A stretch of 64,000 nucleotides of DNA, from positions 62,001 to 126,000 of the forward strand of contig QPMI01000451.1 in the NCBI GenBank assembly GCA_004431415.1. Direction: 5' to 3'. The notes below the pieces were generated by a model that was not told where the DNA came from, did not search any database, and saw nothing but the letters and a program-made list of their open reading frames with translations. Made by a program: the position numbers and the translations under genes. Positions 60,901-64,000 of the stretch are shown piece by piece. Source of the DNA: Cyanophora paradoxa CCMP329. Its lineage: Eukaryota; Plantae; Glaucophyta. Numbering within the stretch: the first letter of the stretch is position 1; each line of letters begins with the position of its first letter.

Positions 60901-63084
60901 GCCCGCCCCGCCGCGGCGGCTGAGGCGGGGCCCGGGGCAGGGCGGAGCGTGCTGGCGTGGGGGGCGGCGCTGCGGGTGACGGCCTTCGTGGGCCCCGCGC
61001 AGGCCGAGGCGGTCGTCGTGCAGGCGCCGCCCTTCGCCCTCCAGGCCGCCCTCGCCCCCGCCCTCAACGGCACCCTCGCCCCGCTCCCCGCCGGCCAATG
61101 GCACCTCGTCGACCTGCGCGGCTACCGCGAGGAGGCGGCGAGCGGGACGCAGAACCTGACCCTCGCGGGGGCCGGCCCCGCCCTCACCGCCTCCCTCCCC
61201 GCCGGCTTCTTCGCCTTCCGCCCCGCCGGTGCGCCCCCGGCCGGCGCCCCGCCCCGGCCCACTCCCCGACGAGGCCGGCGCAGACGTGGGCAAGGTGCTC
61301 GCCGCCGGGGGCGGCTGGGGCGTGGTGGTGGAGTGGCGGAGCGGGCGCGAGGTGGGCGTGGCGGCGTGGCAGGCGATGGCGGCGGGGAGCTACCGCCCCG
61401 GCAACTGGAGCATGTACCGCCTCGACTTCGGCGCCGACTTCGCGCCCCTGCCGCACGCGTGCGCCACCCCCGGCCCCGCGGCCGGCGCAGGGGCGGGGGC
61501 GACGGGGCGGCAGGGAGCGGGAGGCGGTGTGGCGGGTGGAGGCGGGCCCGTGCCCGTACGCGGCGCTCCGGGACGAGGCCGGCCCCGTGCGCTACCTCGA
61601 CATCGGCGAGCGCACCAACTTCACCGCCTTCGCCGCCCCCGCCCCGTCGAGCTCCTCCTCGGGCCCGCCCCAGCCCCGCCCGCCCCGCCCCGCCGCCCCG
61701 CGGCGAGCGCTGAGACGGGGCGGGCGGGCAGGGTCTCGAACCCCGGGGACTTCGCGGTGGAGACGCGGGCGGTGCGGGGCGTCGCGGGGGGCCTCCCCGG
61801 CCGCCTCCTCGCCGTCTCCGTCGCCGAGCGCGGGCCCTCCGCCCTCGGCGCCGCCGCCTTCGCGGTGGGCCCGCGCGGGCCACCCTCCGCTGCCCGCGCC
61901 GGCCGCCGCCGTGCACGTCGTCGCGGGGTGCGACCCGAGCAAGCGGCTGCAGCAGACGCCCTTCGCCCGCGACGTGCGCGCCCGGGGCCGGGCCGGGGCG
62001 GGGCGGCGGGGCGGGGCGGGGCGTGAGGCGGGCGCAGGCGGCGCTGCGGCTCTCGGAGGAGGACTTCCTGGAGGGAGCGCGCAGGCGGACGGCGTCGCCC
62101 TCGTCGAGCGCCTCCCCGCCAACTACCGGCCCCCCTCCAAGCTCGGCCGCGGCATCCCCACCAACGACCACCTCTACGCCGCCGACCCCTCCAAGCCCCG
62201 CTACTTCGACGTCTACGAGGTCAGCCGCTCCTCCGGCCGCCTCAAGCAGTGCGCCGGCAAGGCGAGCCGCGCCGAGTGCGGCTGCACCCGCGCCATGCGC
62301 CTCTCCCAGCGCGCCGCCTTCTCCGACTGCATCGACCGCGTGCGCCCCCCGCCCGCCCCCCCACCCCCCCCCCCCCCACCCCCCGGCGCGGCGCCATGCG
62401 GCCGAGCGGCGGGCGGGGCGCAGGTGCTGCGGGTCTTCCAGGGCGGCGAGTTCGTCCCGAAGCTGGAGCTCTACACGGACGCCGCCGGCGTCCAGCCCCT
62501 CCGCCTCGTCTACCAGGCCCGCCCCCCCACCCCCCCGCCCCGCCGCCCCGGCGGCCCCGGGCGAGCCGGGGCGCAGCTGACGGAGCTGAACGGCCGCGAC
62601 GACTGGACGGTCAAGGGTGGCGCCGACGGTGCGGCGCACCGGCCCCGCGGGGGCGGGGCGCGCCTCACGGGCGGGCAGTGTCGCTCTCGGACGCGAGGAA
62701 CTACGACCCGCTGGGGTCGCCCCTGCTCACCCCCAACTCCACCGCCATCACCTTCAAGGCCCGCCCCGCCCCTCGCTCCCACCTGGCCCCGCCCCGGGGG
62801 CCGACGGGGCGCAGGGGATCGAGCTGTACCACTTCCGGGCGCGGGTGGCGGGCCCCACGAACTGCCACCTCACCACCGAGTTCATGGCGCGTGGCCGCCC
62901 CGCCCCGCCCCGCCGGGGGCAGCGCGGGGCGGGGGCGAGCGGGGCGCAGGTATGGTCGTACGGGGCGCAGCTGCAGTCGAGCCTGGGGTGGGTGACGATC
63001 TCGGTGACGGGCGTCGCCATCGCCCTCCTCCTCTTCGGCGTCTACCTCTACCACGTCCGCATCCACGGCGCCCGCTTCGTCTGA
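58000..63084 (+). CDS. Large single-pass membrane protein: signal peptide + PKD domain + CatSper auxiliary subunit beta-like C-terminus
   Basis: PKD motif TIDASRSFD...YDFGDG...HTYKRAGAYELQVAVSD. The C-terminus LPANYRPPSKLGRGIPTNDHLYAADPSKP...KQCAGKASRAECGCT...AFSDC...ELYHFR...CHLTTEF plus TM matches my recollection of CATSPERB. Confidence 0.8.
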
Positions 63085-64000
63085 CCCCGGCCCCTCTTCC
63101 CCCGCCTCCCCAACACGAATCGTGATGATCCATGAACGCAATAGCACGGGAAAGCTGAGAGGGCGAGGGGCCCTGGGGGGATCCCGGAGGAGGGGGGAGT
63201 GTGTGTGTGCTCCGGTACCCCTAGGGGCCCGGTTTATAGTCGTCCCCCTCACTCCTTCCCCGGTTTGACCCGGGCCCCTACGGCGTGAAAGCCAACAGGG
63301 GGGAGCTCCTCCCACATGTAGGAGGCGGGGGAAGACTTCGCAGCTAGCTTATAGCTTAGGCTGCAAGTTAGGCAGGTTACCTGTGGGGCATAAGCACTGG
63401 TAGCTCTCATGTTTTCAGCAGCCTTTCCACCGTGGCACTGCAATGTGTACGTGCGTTCCAGATCTAGAGGGCTGTTTCTGGGGGTGGGTTGTTCCAGCAC
63501 ACGTGTGCTTGCTCGTCATCATTCGGCGTCAGTTTCCCCCTGCACTGCGGCATATCCTGCATCGCGAGTGACCACTGTTATTTTTGAGCTCCTTAGCCTC
63601 CTCCAGTGCTCAGCCAGCTAGCTATAGGAAGCCCTGGAGGGGGGCCAGGGGGGTAGAGGCTGAGCAATGTTCGTCGCGGCTGCAGGCCTTCGAATTCCCG
63701 GGAGTCTGCACACGCGCTCGCGCGAGCAATTGCAGTGCTTTTCTGTAGCGATTCGTGATCTAGAGCCTGGTCGACGGGCCGGCGCGCTGGATCAAGTTGC
63801 CCGCTGCCAACGTTCAGAGGTCCGATACAAAGCCTCCTCCGCCTGCTTTCCTGACCCGTGGAAAGTTCCTCGGCTCGACGCACTCTCTTGTACGGCGCTT
63901 CTCGAGCGAGTGCCGTGGCACGCCGGCACCAGCACTGCGGGAAATGACAGTCCAGGCGGCAAACGGCGCTTCCGTGCCGCTGAAAGCTGGTGCGACCCGC

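Noticed and set aside
4219-63315. Many long Arg/Gly/Pro/Ala-rich ORFs on both strands
   Set aside because: Shadow frames arising from extreme GC content and read-through of GC-rich introns.
63120-64000. Possible retroelement or DNA-transposon end at the window edge
   Set aside because: Lower GC and a CACTG stub are suggestive, but there is no diagnostic domain or paired terminus within the window.

Overview
A very GC-rich eukaryotic nuclear window; the gene content and intron style suggest an alga or protist, possibly a glaucophyte such as Cyanophora (inference only). Two gene-dense flanks (about 0.7-15.2 kb and 38-63 kb) hold multi-exon genes broken by 50-75 nt introns, many with GC donors: organellar-type CysRS, TAF1B/Rrn7, an OSCA/TMEM63-like channel, a CorA-family Mg transporter, Mpv17/PMP22, INTS3, GET4, an isoamylase with an extra CBM, cycloeucalenol cycloisomerase, a PKD-domain CatSper-beta-like protein and several orphans. 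A 22 kb transposon island (about 15.3-37.8 kb) lies between them. It contains CACTG-ended foldback elements with 160-bp satellites, a short-TIR element carrying gene-like fragments, a nested non-autonomous LTR complex and a tRNA-derived SINE (second copy at 3.5 kb). The most striking signal comes from comparing repeat copies, which repeatedly differ by palindromic triplet insertions (XYZ -> XYZ-rc(XYZ)-XYZ, sometimes with an extra C and G). This fits hairpin-mediated excision footprints of a 3-bp-TSD transposon that appear to shape non-coding DNA throughout the window. Exon boundaries and gene ends were read by eye and are approximate; protein family calls are from recalled motifs, not database searches.
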